In this document: positions 18,034-26,263 of the stretch, piece after piece | Position numbering within the stretch: the stretch's first letter is position 1 | Layout of the letters: every line of letters starts with the position of its first letter | Assembly (NCBI GenBank): GCA_964535235.1 | Contig: CAZHSK010000002.1 | Span: 9,755 to 41,753, forward strand | DNA from: an uncultured Treponema sp. | Lineage (GTDB): Bacteria; Spirochaetota; Spirochaetia; Treponematales; Rectinemataceae | Direction: 5' to 3' | Length of the DNA: 31,999 bases | Notes under the pieces: model-generated | What the model saw: only the letters and a program-made list of their open reading frames with translations | Told to the model about the DNA's origin: nothing | Databases searched by the model: none | Made by a program: the position numbers and the translations under genes

Positions 18034-18841
18034 CGGCATTTCCGCATTTTTTTCCACCTATGTAAGACCGGTACTCGATGTCCTCCTGCTTGCCTATCTC
18101 ATTTTTTATACCTATCAGATACTGGTAAAGACTAAGGCGGTTCAGCTCATCAAGGGAATCCTTCTCCTGGTGGGTATTTATGCCGTGGCATTTTTTCTCC
18201 AGCTTTCCACCGTTACTTGGGTTCTAGGCATCGTGGCGCCAGGCTTGGTGATTGGTCTGGCGATTATTTTCCAACCGGAATTGAGAAAAATCTTTATGCA
18301 CCTGGGGCAGGGGCGCCTCTTCAAAAACAGCAGGCAACCCAAAGCCAGCCAGATCGAGGCTTCGGTTACTGCCTGCGAAATTCTCTCCCATACCAAAAGG
18401 GGAGCCCTCATCGTCTTCAGCCGCAACGTCGGGCTCAAAGAGGTTGTCGACAAGGGTATTCGACTGGACGCCATACTCTCCTCGAGTCTTTTAGTAACCA
18501 TTTTTGCCCACGACAATCCGCTGCATGATGGGGCTGCGGTAATCCAAGATGGTAAAATAGCCGCCGCGGCTTGCTTTCTTCCGCTTTCCGACCAGCAGGA
18601 TATCAAGAAAAGTTTTGGCAGCAGACACAGGGCCGCCCTGGGTATTACTGAGGAATCCGACGCAGTAGTCCTCGTAGTTTCAGAGGAGACGGGAGCTCTT
18701 TCCCTAGCCTACGACTCCAAATTGTACTATGGACTAGACGGTGATCAGCTGAGGTCCAGGTTATCCAGGCTTCTGGAGGGCGAAACCGGGGAGGATGAGG
18801 AAGCCCAGGAAACGGAAGAGGATAAGCATTATGAAGCTTAG
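18023..18841 (+). CDS. cdaA: Diadenylate cyclase CdaA/DacA (c-di-AMP synthesis)
   Basis: Three N-terminal hydrophobic helices, FQPELR, LHDGA and GSRHRAALG DAC motifs. Confidence 0.95.
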   Translation: MDLNGISAFFSTYVRPVLDVLLLAYLIFYTYQILVKTKAVQLIKGILLLVGIYAVAFFLQLSTVTWVLGIVAPGLVIGLAIIFQPELRKIFMHLGQGRLFKNSRQPKASQIEASVTACEILSHTKRGALIVFSRNVGLKEVVDKGIRLDAILSSSLLVTIFAHDNPLHDGAAVIQDGKIAAAACFLPLSDQQDIKKSFGSRHRAALGITEESDAVVLVVSEETGALSLAYDSKLYYGLDGDQLRSRLSRLLEGETGEDEEAQETEEDKHYEA

Positions 18842-19877
18842 GAGATTTTTCAAAGACCTCTTCTCGGACTGGCCGGCCAAGGTTCTGTCTCTCTCCATAG
18901 CCTTGCTGCTTACCCTATTTTTCAACCTCACTCGGCTCGAACAGCGCACAATCAATATACCTCTCACTATTTCTCTCAACGAGGTTTTGGCTCCATCCAG
19001 CCAGTACCCTTCCATGGTCAGGGTCGTGCTAAGAGGCGAGCGGGACGTTATCTACAGTATAAGAGAAGATGAAATCTCGGCATCCCTGGATCTTTCGGAT
19101 TATAAGAACGAGGGTGTTTTCAGAACACCTATCCGGTTGCAAAAACGGGGCAACGCCATTGTGGCCGATCCCCTGGAAATCCATCCAGAACCTTCTGAAA
19201 TCGCCATCGGGCTTGAAAGAAGGGTGGCTAAAAGCGTACCAGTTACTCCGTCTTTCAAAGGCTTTTTAGAGTCCGGCTTCGAACTGGCCAATTTCGACAT
19301 CGAGCCTCCGGAGATCACAATTTCCGGACCGGCTGGGTTAGTGGCCCGCACTTCGGAAATATCCACCGATACAATCGAACTGAGCGGCAAGAAAGGCGAT
19401 TTTAGCACCAATGTCCGACTGCTTAAAAAAGACTCCCTCCTCAGCTTTGAGGGTGAGGATAGCGTTGTATTCTCCGCTAAAGTCCATAAATCCAGGGATG
19501 TGAAAAATTTTGTCAACATTCCAATAAATGCCAGAGGGCTCAACCCCGGGCTCGCTTTGTCAGAAATCCTTCCCACGGGCAATGTACGCATGCACATCGG
19601 GGAGGAGTTCATGGCGGAGCTACAGCCCAATTCCCTTCTGTCGATAGATTTGAGTTCCTATACCAGGGCGGGAACCTACACCGTCGATGTGATCCTGAAG
19701 GTGCCTGAAGAGGCGGTGGTGGAAACTTTCGAACCGCAGACTCTCGCTATCAGACTCCAGACTGCATCCAGCGCTTCAGGCAGCAGGCTCTCGGGATCCG
19801 TGAGCATCCCTCCACAGAGCGAACCCGACACAACGCAGTCTCCTACTACAACAACCGAGTCTCCGGAAACGCCATAA
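18831..19877 (+). CDS. cdaR: CdaR/YbbR-like diadenylate cyclase regulator
   Basis: N-terminal TM (WPAKVLSLSIALLL), repeated YbbR-like beta-rich units, Ser/Thr/Pro-rich tail; directly after cdaA. Start placed at ATG 18831 after AGAGGA. Confidence 0.85.
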   Translation: MKLRRFFKDLFSDWPAKVLSLSIALLLTLFFNLTRLEQRTINIPLTISLNEVLAPSSQYPSMVRVVLRGERDVIYSIREDEISASLDLSDYKNEGVFRTPIRLQKRGNAIVADPLEIHPEPSEIAIGLERRVAKSVPVTPSFKGFLESGFELANFDIEPPEITISGPAGLVARTSEISTDTIELSGKKGDFSTNVRLLKKDSLLSFEGEDSVVFSAKVHKSRDVKNFVNIPINARGLNPGLALSEILPTGNVRMHIGEEFMAELQPNSLLSIDLSSYTRAGTYTVDVILKVPEEAVVETFEPQTLAIRLQTASSASGSRLSGSVSIPPQSEPDTTQSPTTTTESPETP

Positions 19878-19893
19878 GAGCAAAGGACTTCGC

Positions 19894-20277
19894 ATGATAC
19901 GGGGAATTGGAATAGATATTGTCCATGTAGGACGCATTCGGCATTGGTCCACCGTGCCTGGACTGGTGGAGCGCTTTTTCCATCCTGCTGAAATAGAAGC
20001 TGCCGTGTCCCGGGGTTCCAGCAAGGATCTCTCCCTTGCGGCACGCTTCGCCGCTAAAGAAGCATTTGGAAAGGCCTGTGGAACGGGGCTGGCCGAGATG
20101 AAGTTAAAAGACATTTATGTGAGAAACGAGCGAAGTGGTCGGCCTGTCATCATTCTGGAAGGCACGGCCGAAAAACGCTTCGCTGAGCTTGGCGGCGGTA
20201 TAATCCATTGCTCCCTTACCCACGAAGGCGAAAATGCGGTGGCCATGGTGCTTATCGAGGACACGCAAAGCACATGA
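19894..20277 (+). CDS. acpS: Holo-[acyl-carrier-protein] synthase
   Basis: GIGIDIV, AARFAAKEAFGKA, SGRP, HCSLTH. Confidence 0.95.
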   Translation: MIRGIGIDIVHVGRIRHWSTVPGLVERFFHPAEIEAAVSRGSSKDLSLAARFAAKEAFGKACGTGLAEMKLKDIYVRNERSGRPVIILEGTAEKRFAELGGGIIHCSLTHEGENAVAMVLIEDTQST

Positions 20278-21071
20278 TCGAAAGGCCTATTCAGCTTATT
20301 CTTTCCTACGACGGTACTGATTTTGGAGGCTGGCAGCGCCAAAAAAATGCCAGATCTGTGCAGGAGGAACTTGAAAAAGCCCTTCAGGTCATGCACAACC
20401 ACCCCGTACGTTTAACAGGAGCTGGGCGCACCGATGCAGGCGTTCATGCCATGGGTCAGGTGGCCGGCTTTTTTAGCGATTTACCCAGTATACCGGCTGA
20501 AAAATATAAAGTTGCCCTCAATAGCCTCCTTCCCAGAGATATAAAAATTCTGGACTCCCGAGAAGCCCGTGAAAATTTTCATGCCCGTTTCGATGCTTCT
20601 CTGCGGCGATACAGGTACTTCATCCTCTGTGGAGGCAATCAGGATCCCTTCAGTAACCGCTACGCATGGTGCATACCCAGCACCCCCTCCCTTTTGAAGT
20701 TGAATGCGATGGCCAGGGTCATCCTTGGAGAGCACGATTTCAGTGCCTTCGCCTCCGCCCAGGATTCAAGCCTGAGCAGGCACAGGTTCGTCCAGGAATC
20801 CAGTTTCTGGCATGAAGGCGATCGAGTAGTCTACCAAGTGGCAGCGAATGCTTTTCTTTGGCGCATGGTGCGATCCCTTGTGGGTACTATGATCTTTTTT
20901 GAATCCAAGGCTCAAGATGAAACTGAAGCCTCGGAGCTCATGGAAAAAATCCTGAGAGAAGGAAGGCGGCAGAAGGCCGGCCCCACAGCGCCTCCAGAAG
21001 GACTCTTTCTTTGGAATGTAGAATACGGTCCCAGAATCCACGGCCATGCGCGGAAAAAGGAAGAGTCCTGA
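20274..21071 (+). CDS. truA: tRNA pseudouridine(38-40) synthase
   Basis: SYDGTDFGGWQRQ, GAGRTDAGVHA, FHARF, HDFSAF, FLWRMVRSLVG, APPEGLFL. Start at ATG 20274 (ATGA overlap with acpS). Confidence 0.96.
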   Translation: MIERPIQLILSYDGTDFGGWQRQKNARSVQEELEKALQVMHNHPVRLTGAGRTDAGVHAMGQVAGFFSDLPSIPAEKYKVALNSLLPRDIKILDSREARENFHARFDASLRRYRYFILCGGNQDPFSNRYAWCIPSTPSLLKLNAMARVILGEHDFSAFASAQDSSLSRHRFVQESSFWHEGDRVVYQVAANAFLWRMVRSLVGTMIFFESKAQDETEASELMEKILREGRRQKAGPTAPPEGLFLWNVEYGPRIHGHARKKEES

Positions 21072-21090
21072 GAGGGAATCATCCGATCTT

Positions 21091-21930
21091 TTAGACTGGC
21101 TCCTGAGCCTGCGGATTGTGTATCTCCAGCTTCCTGGCCTGTGGCTTGATACCCTGCTCCTTCAGCGCCGAAAGCATTGAAGGAATCAGCTTATTTTTTA
21201 TCGCCGCAAGGTTTTCCTGCAGAAACCAGGTACCCACGAGGAGGGTAGTGCCATCGGGGGTTATCGCATCCAGAACTAGGACAGGTGCCGGCTCCTTGAG
21301 GGCTAGAGGTTCGGAGCCCAGAACCTTGCGTATACTCTCCATTGCAACGGCAAGATCGCACTCGTTGGGCAGGGTTAGCCAAAGGTCGAAACGCCGCTGG
21401 GGAAAATAGCTTATATTGATTATGTTGGTCTTAATTAGGGTTTCGTTGGGAACCCTTACCAGCCTTCCATCAAAGGTGCGTATGCGCACGCACATAAGGT
21501 CCACGGTTTCCACTACTCCGGTGACCGTATCTACTTGTAGAGTATCGCCTTCCTTGAATAGCTTTTCCGAAAAGAGAAATAGCCCCGATATGATATTGGC
21601 TACCGATGTTTGGGCTGCGAAGCCTATGGCTATACCGGCTATACCGGCGGCGCCCAGAAGGGCCGAAACATCGAAACCCGCCCTTTTTGTGGCCATAAGC
21701 ACCACTAGCGTGTAGCCTCCGTACTTTATCAGCCTTTCCAGGGTGGATGCGCTCCGACTGGGCAGGACCTTTCTTGAAAATCTCCGTATCATGGTGAATA
21801 CTATCCGCACCAGAGTAATGCCCGCGACCAAGATAAGAAGCACCGAAAGCGCGATTCGTACCGAATCCGCGGAGATTATTTCGCTGAAGTATTCTGAGAT
21901 TGAAGTTAAAAGTTTCTGTCCGGCGTCCAT
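21091..21930 (-). CDS. mscS: Small-conductance mechanosensitive channel (MscS family)
   Basis: Three TM helices, GAAGIAGIAIGFAAQTSVANIISG, GDTLQV, DGRLVRVPNE. Confidence 0.9.
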   Translation of the reverse strand: MDAGQKLLTSISEYFSEIISADSVRIALSVLLILVAGITLVRIVFTMIRRFSRKVLPSRSASTLERLIKYGGYTLVVLMATKRAGFDVSALLGAAGIAGIAIGFAAQTSVANIISGLFLFSEKLFKEGDTLQVDTVTGVVETVDLMCVRIRTFDGRLVRVPNETLIKTNIINISYFPQRRFDLWLTLPNECDLAVAMESIRKVLGSEPLALKEPAPVLVLDAITPDGTTLLVGTWFLQENLAAIKNKLIPSMLSALKEQGIKPQARKLEIHNPQAQEPV

Positions 21931-21968
21931 AGGCTAACTATAGGATAAAAGAAGAGGGTAACGGAATA

Positions 21969-22994
21969 GTGTCCAAAGCCAAAAAGACTCACATAGCCCG
22001 ATCTTCTCTTAATGCCGGTTCTTTTTACAAAGATTCACCATCGGCACCTACCCTGAACGATCCTGGGGTTCTACGAGTCTGGCAGGGCCGAGTGGAGGGC
22101 ACGGAAGGCCTCAGGGCTGATAAATACATCGCAGAAACTGCCAAGGTTATGGGAAGATCCCAGATCAAGGCGAGGAGCGCTTGCCTCAAGGTAAACGGTA
22201 AAACCGAAAAATTCTCCAGGAAGCTATCGCCGGGCGATGTGGTGGAACTGTCGTGGACAGAGGAGCCGAGTCATACCCTTGTTCCTGAAAAGCTCGACAT
22301 CAAGATTATTTACGAAGACGACAATGTATTCGTCTTCGACAAGGCCCAGGGAATGGTGACGCACCCCGGGGCGGGCAACTGGCGAGGTACTCTCGCCAAC
22401 GCAGCCTTGTGGCTGGATGCCGAGCGCAAGGGTAGGGGCACCCCGCCCCGGGGCGGCATTGTCCACAGGCTGGACAAGGACACTTCGGGTGTCATCATCG
22501 TGGCCAGAAATATCGAAACCCATGAGTTTTTATCTGCGCAATTCAAGGATAGATCAACAAGAAAGGAATACCTGGCCTTCGTAAAAGGCTATCCCGGCGC
22601 TCAAACCGGGCGTATTGATAACCACTTGGCCAGGGACAGGCGGGACAGGAAAAAATTTGCCTTATCTGTGTCGGGGGGGAAGAAGGCCGTTACCGACTAT
22701 AAAGTGATCTCACGATGGAAGCTGAAAGGCCAGGATGAGTATACTCTACTCGCCCTCTACCCCAGAACCGGAAGAACGCATCAACTGCGGGTTCATATGG
22801 CCGAAGTCGGCTGCCCAATAGTGGGTGATCCCCTATATGGAAAGCGGGATTCCAATTTTCCTCACTGCAGCCTCATGCTTCATGCCAGGAGGCTCAAGAT
22901 TCGCCTGCCGGGCAGCATAGAGGCTATTCTTTTCCTGGCACCCGTGCCCGAGCGATTCCGCGCTATGGCGGCTGCCTTGAGAGCTGGACAATAA
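21969..22994 (+). CDS. rluD: RluA/RluD-family 23S rRNA pseudouridine synthase with S4 domain
   Basis: S4-like LRADKYIA, IIYED, GIVHRLDKDTSG, TGRTHQLRVH, PIVGDPLYG, LHA. True start may lie downstream of GTG 21969. Confidence 0.9.
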   Translation: MSKAKKTHIARSSLNAGSFYKDSPSAPTLNDPGVLRVWQGRVEGTEGLRADKYIAETAKVMGRSQIKARSACLKVNGKTEKFSRKLSPGDVVELSWTEEPSHTLVPEKLDIKIIYEDDNVFVFDKAQGMVTHPGAGNWRGTLANAALWLDAERKGRGTPPRGGIVHRLDKDTSGVIIVARNIETHEFLSAQFKDRSTRKEYLAFVKGYPGAQTGRIDNHLARDRRDRKKFALSVSGGKKAVTDYKVISRWKLKGQDEYTLLALYPRTGRTHQLRVHMAEVGCPIVGDPLYGKRDSNFPHCSLMLHARRLKIRLPGSIEAILFLAPVPERFRAMAAALRAGQ

Positions 22995-23042
22995 AAGAGC
23001 CCCCTGGCGGCTTTAAGAGCCAGACAACAAAAGAGCCCCCCG
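22967..23042 (+). repeat. Imperfect tandem duplication (39 + 37 bp) spanning the rluD stop codon
   Basis: ggcggctgccttgagagctggacaataaaagagccccct followed by ggcggctttaagagccagacaacaaaagagccccccg. Confidence 0.7.
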
Positions 23043-23062
23043 GGCGGCCATCGGGGGGCTCT
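23024..23062 (-). terminator. Intrinsic terminator of the RRM gene
   Basis: Perfect 11-bp stem AGAGCCCCCCG/CGGGGGGCTCT with 9-nt loop, followed on the minus strand by UUUGUUGU. Confidence 0.75.
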
Positions 23063-23134
23063 CCCGGCCTTTAGGAACTGGGGCAAAACCCCGGTGCCCT
23101 CAAGGCCTTCGTCTCACTACGCTATCGGTAACGA

Positions 23135-23422
23135 TTAGTACCGGCGGGGGTGGAAGGATCCACCGTCGCGGCGGGGCTTGTCCTCCGCCTCGTTGACGCG
23201 GAGCTGCCTTCCCATGAATTCGAAGCCGTTGAGGGCATCGATCGCCTTCTGGGCCTCATCGTCATTCGCCATCTCGACAAAGCCGAATCCCTTCGCCTTG
23301 CCGGTGTAGCGATCGATGATGATGTTGACAGACGAGACCTCGCCGTACTGGGCGAAGAGGTCACGGAGCTGATTCTCGGCGGTGCCATAATTCATGTTGC
23401 CGACATAAACCTTCTTGGACAT
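23135..23422 (-). CDS. Single-RRM RNA-binding protein (Rbp type)
   Basis: 95 aa; RNP2 VYVGNM, RNP1 KGFGFVEM, LRVNEA, short Arg/Gly tail. AGAGGT SD. Confidence 0.95.
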   Translation of the reverse strand: MSKKVYVGNMNYGTAENQLRDLFAQYGEVSSVNIIIDRYTGKAKGFGFVEMANDDEAQKAIDALNGFEFMGRQLRVNEAEDKPRRDGGSFHPRRY

Positions 23423-23744
23423 TCGGAAAAACCTCTATTAGGCCGTCATCGCAGGACGACGGCACCGGATCCGTCCGCCTAGGGCGGACGTACGTCGCTT
23501 TCAGAGAAGCGTGTTGTACAGCATGGCCGTCTTCAGGGCAGGGATACGAGGCTTAGTTTGAGATGCTGGGGTCTTTCCGAGAGAAGAAGCGAGTGGGGCG
23601 GGGGCTCTGGAGATTTCGACCGCCGAACCCCCAAAACCGTACACAAAGGAATGACGATGCATGAAAAGCCAGTTTCTACCTTAAAAACGGGGGCAGTATT
23701 GCTAAGCCCTCCGAAAGTACAGGAAGCCGCATACACGGCCTCAT
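23423..23744 (-). ncRNA. Candidate structured cis-regulatory 5' leader (~320 nt) of the RRM gene
   Basis: Lies between a strong promoter (23750-23779) and the ATG. Several stems read by eye, G.U pairs favour the minus strand. No known family recognised. Confidence 0.5.
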
Positions 23745-23749
23745 TGCGG

Positions 23750-23779
23750 AGTATATGAGTATTTCTGCGGCGCCGTCAA
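23750..23779 (-). promoter_or_regulatory. Sigma70 promoter of the RRM gene
   Basis: Minus strand TTGACG-18 nt-TATACT; AT-rich tract upstream shared with the divergent rny promoter. Confidence 0.7.
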
Positions 23780-23815
23780 CTGCTTTTGCGTTATTTTATC
23801 GTAATTTAATTCGCC

Positions 23816-23843
23816 TTGACAAAGAATCGCCCATCCGTATAAT
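23816..23843 (+). promoter_or_regulatory. Consensus sigma70 promoter of rny-ymdB
   Basis: TTGACA-16 nt-TATAAT; GGAGG SD at 23867-23871. Confidence 0.8.
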
Positions 23844-23876
23844 CAAAACGACGGCGAATACACATCGGAGGGACAC

Positions 23877-25409
23877 ATGGCACCCAGAGTATGGATGATT
23901 GCCCTTCCCTTTGCCGGTTTGATCCTTGGATGGACGATCCGCTGGCTCTATGCCAGATTTCAACTCACTGCTGCAGAAAACGAAGCAGGACGAATACGAC
24001 AGGACGCTAAAAAAGAGGCAGAAGCCGAAAAGAAGGCGATCCTTGTAGAGGCGAAAGATCAGCTCATTCGGGAACGCAACCAGCAAGAACGGGAAATACG
24101 CGAACGGCGAATCGAAGCCCAAAAGCTCGAGCGCCGAGTCATACAGAAAGAAGAGAATCTCGATAACAAAATCGAGGCATTAGAAAGACTTGAAGCTGCC
24201 CTTAAAACCAAGGAAAAAAGCCTCCAGGACAGGGAGAACGATCTCTTAGGCCAGGAGGAGCGCTATCGACAGGAACTGGAGCGCATTTCAGGACTCAGCG
24301 CCAACGAAGCCAAGCGGCTCATAATCCAGACACTGGAAAACGAGGCCAAGCACGATGCCCAGGTTTTGGTCAATAAGATCGATCAGGAAGCCCAGCTGGC
24401 CGCGGAAAAGCGAACCCGGGACATCCTCGTAACCACCATGCAGCGCATCGCCACTGATGTTACGGCGGAAACAACCGTTACAGCAGTCAGCCTGCCTTCG
24501 GACGAGATGAAGGGACGCATAATAGGCAGGGAAGGCCGGAATATCCGCACCCTCGAAACCCTCACCGGCGTCGATGTCATCATCGACGATACGCCCGAGG
24601 CTGTGGTCATCTCCTGCTTCGACCCAGTTCGTCGTGAAATAGCCAGGGTTTCCTTGGAACGCCTCATAACCGACGGCAGGATTCATCCTGCCCGCATTGA
24701 GGAAATGGTCCAGAAGGTCACCAGGGAAATCTCCCAGAAGATCTACGACGAAGGCGAAAAGGTTGTCTTCGACCTGGGCCTCCACAATATGGCCCCCGAG
24801 CTGATCCGCGCCCTCGGACGCCTCTATTTCCGCACCAGTTACGGCCAGAACGTGCTGCTCCACTCCAAGGAAGTAGCCGTAATAGCAGGCCTCTTGGCCG
24901 CCGAGATCGGACTCAACCGGGAAATCGCCAAGCGCGGCGCTCTGCTTCACGACATCGGCAAGGGCATGGAAACCGATGGCGACCAAAACCACGCCGAAAG
25001 CGGCATGGATTTCGTGCGCAAGATGGGTGAGGATCCCAGGGTCATCAATGCTATCGGCTCCCACCACAATGATGTGGAACCATCCTGTCCAGAATCGGTG
25101 CTGGTGCAGATAGCCGATGCGATCTCGGCGGCCAGGCCCGGCGCCCGGCGCGAAACTTTGGACAACTACATCAAGCGCCTGGAAAATCTCGAATCCATTG
25201 CAGAAAGTTTCTCCGGTGTAGACAAAGCCTTCGCCATCCAGGCCGGGCGCGAGCTGCGCATCCTGGTCAACTATGAGAACGTGTCCGACGACCAGGCCAG
25301 GGAGCTGTGCAAGAGCATAGCCAAGAAGATTGAAACCGATCTGCGCTATCCCGGTCGCATCAAGGTCACTATCATCAGGGAAACAAGAATCGTCGAGTAC
25401 GCGCGCTAG
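23877..25409 (+). CDS. rny: Ribonuclease Y
   Basis: N-terminal TM, coiled coil, KH motif GRIIGREGRNIR, HD motif LLHDIGK, ADAISAARPGAR, YPGRIKVT. Confidence 0.97.
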   Translation: MAPRVWMIALPFAGLILGWTIRWLYARFQLTAAENEAGRIRQDAKKEAEAEKKAILVEAKDQLIRERNQQEREIRERRIEAQKLERRVIQKEENLDNKIEALERLEAALKTKEKSLQDRENDLLGQEERYRQELERISGLSANEAKRLIIQTLENEAKHDAQVLVNKIDQEAQLAAEKRTRDILVTTMQRIATDVTAETTVTAVSLPSDEMKGRIIGREGRNIRTLETLTGVDVIIDDTPEAVVISCFDPVRREIARVSLERLITDGRIHPARIEEMVQKVTREISQKIYDEGEKVVFDLGLHNMAPELIRALGRLYFRTSYGQNVLLHSKEVAVIAGLLAAEIGLNREIAKRGALLHDIGKGMETDGDQNHAESGMDFVRKMGEDPRVINAIGSHHNDVEPSCPESVLVQIADAISAARPGARRETLDNYIKRLENLESIAESFSGVDKAFAIQAGRELRILVNYENVSDDQARELCKSIAKKIETDLRYPGRIKVTIIRETRIVEYAR

Positions 25410-25429
25410 GATCTGGAGCAGCTAAGGCA

Positions 25430-26230
25430 GTGAACGAACATACGGTTACTCTGTTGATGGTGGGCGATATCGTAGGTCCGCCGGGTTTGCGCGCCCTCTT
25501 CGCCCTTTTGCCATCATTCGCCAAAAAGCATTCTGCCGACTTGGTTGTCGCCAACGGCGAGAACGCTCAGAAAGGCTTCGGCATTGGCAGGGAAGAACTC
25601 GACATCATCCTTTCATCCGGCGTTGCGGCCATCACCACGGGTAATCATGTCTGGGAGCGTAAAGAAGCCGCCGAAGTCCTGAATTCCGAGCAAGCCCTCC
25701 TAAGACCGGCCAATTATCCTCCCGGCCTTCCAGGTAAAGGCATGCTGCATTGTCAGGGCCGCGCCTACGAATGGGTAGTGATCAATCTGCAGGGCAGGGA
25801 AGGCTTGTATTCCATCGATTGTCCTTTCAGGGCCGCCGACGAACTAATCGCGAAGGCTAAGCGTCAGCATCCTTCAGCTTTTATCGTCGTCGACTTCCAT
25901 GCCGAATCGCCGGAGGAAAAAGAAGCCCTGGCCTGGCACCTGGACGGCCGAGCCAGCGTCGTTGCAGGCACCCATACCCACGTCCCTACCGCCGATGAAA
26001 GGATTTTTCCAAAGGGTACAGGCTACGTCACCGATCTGGGCATGACGGGACCGAGCGACTCCATTATCGGAGTAAAAACCGAAACCTGCATCAAACGCTC
26101 ATTAACCCAAATCCCCTACAAGATGGAAACCGCAGAAGGCGAAGCCTTCATGTCGGGGGCGTTATTCCGCTTGGATCCCTCTACTAAAGCCTGCGTATCC
26201 ATTGAGCGGTTTAACCTTGTAACGCATTGA
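25430..26230 (+). CDS. ymdB: YmdB/TIGR00282 metallophosphoesterase
   Basis: GDIVG, NGEN, TTGNH, LRPANYP, DFHAE, GTHTH, TDLGMTG; canonical position after rny. Confidence 0.93.
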   Translation: MNEHTVTLLMVGDIVGPPGLRALFALLPSFAKKHSADLVVANGENAQKGFGIGREELDIILSSGVAAITTGNHVWERKEAAEVLNSEQALLRPANYPPGLPGKGMLHCQGRAYEWVVINLQGREGLYSIDCPFRAADELIAKAKRQHPSAFIVVDFHAESPEEKEALAWHLDGRASVVAGTHTHVPTADERIFPKGTGYVTDLGMTGPSDSIIGVKTETCIKRSLTQIPYKMETAEGEAFMSGALFRLDPSTKACVSIERFNLVTH

Positions 26231-26256
26231 ACTGAAAATACTGTCCACCGTATACT
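26227..26256 (+). promoter_or_regulatory. Putative SulP promoter (leaderless geometry)
   Basis: TTGAAC-18 nt-TATACT-7 nt-ATG(26264); no SD. Confidence 0.6.
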
Positions 26257-26263
26257 GTTTCTC

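Noticed and set aside
23687-23703. Sigma54 -24/-12 pattern (GG-N10-GC with TTGCT)
   Set aside because: The -24 box does not resemble TGGCAC and there is no nearby downstream gene start.
23423-23744. 6S RNA, SRP RNA, TPP or cobalamin riboswitch identity for the RRM leader
   Set aside because: Partial look-alikes (ACUGCCCCCG, AUCCCUGCCCUGA, AGGAAGCCGC) lack the other invariant elements, and I could not build a single 6S-like rod with a central bubble.
24288-25067. 259-aa minus-strand ORF
   Set aside because: Antisense shadow of rny produced by its codon bias.
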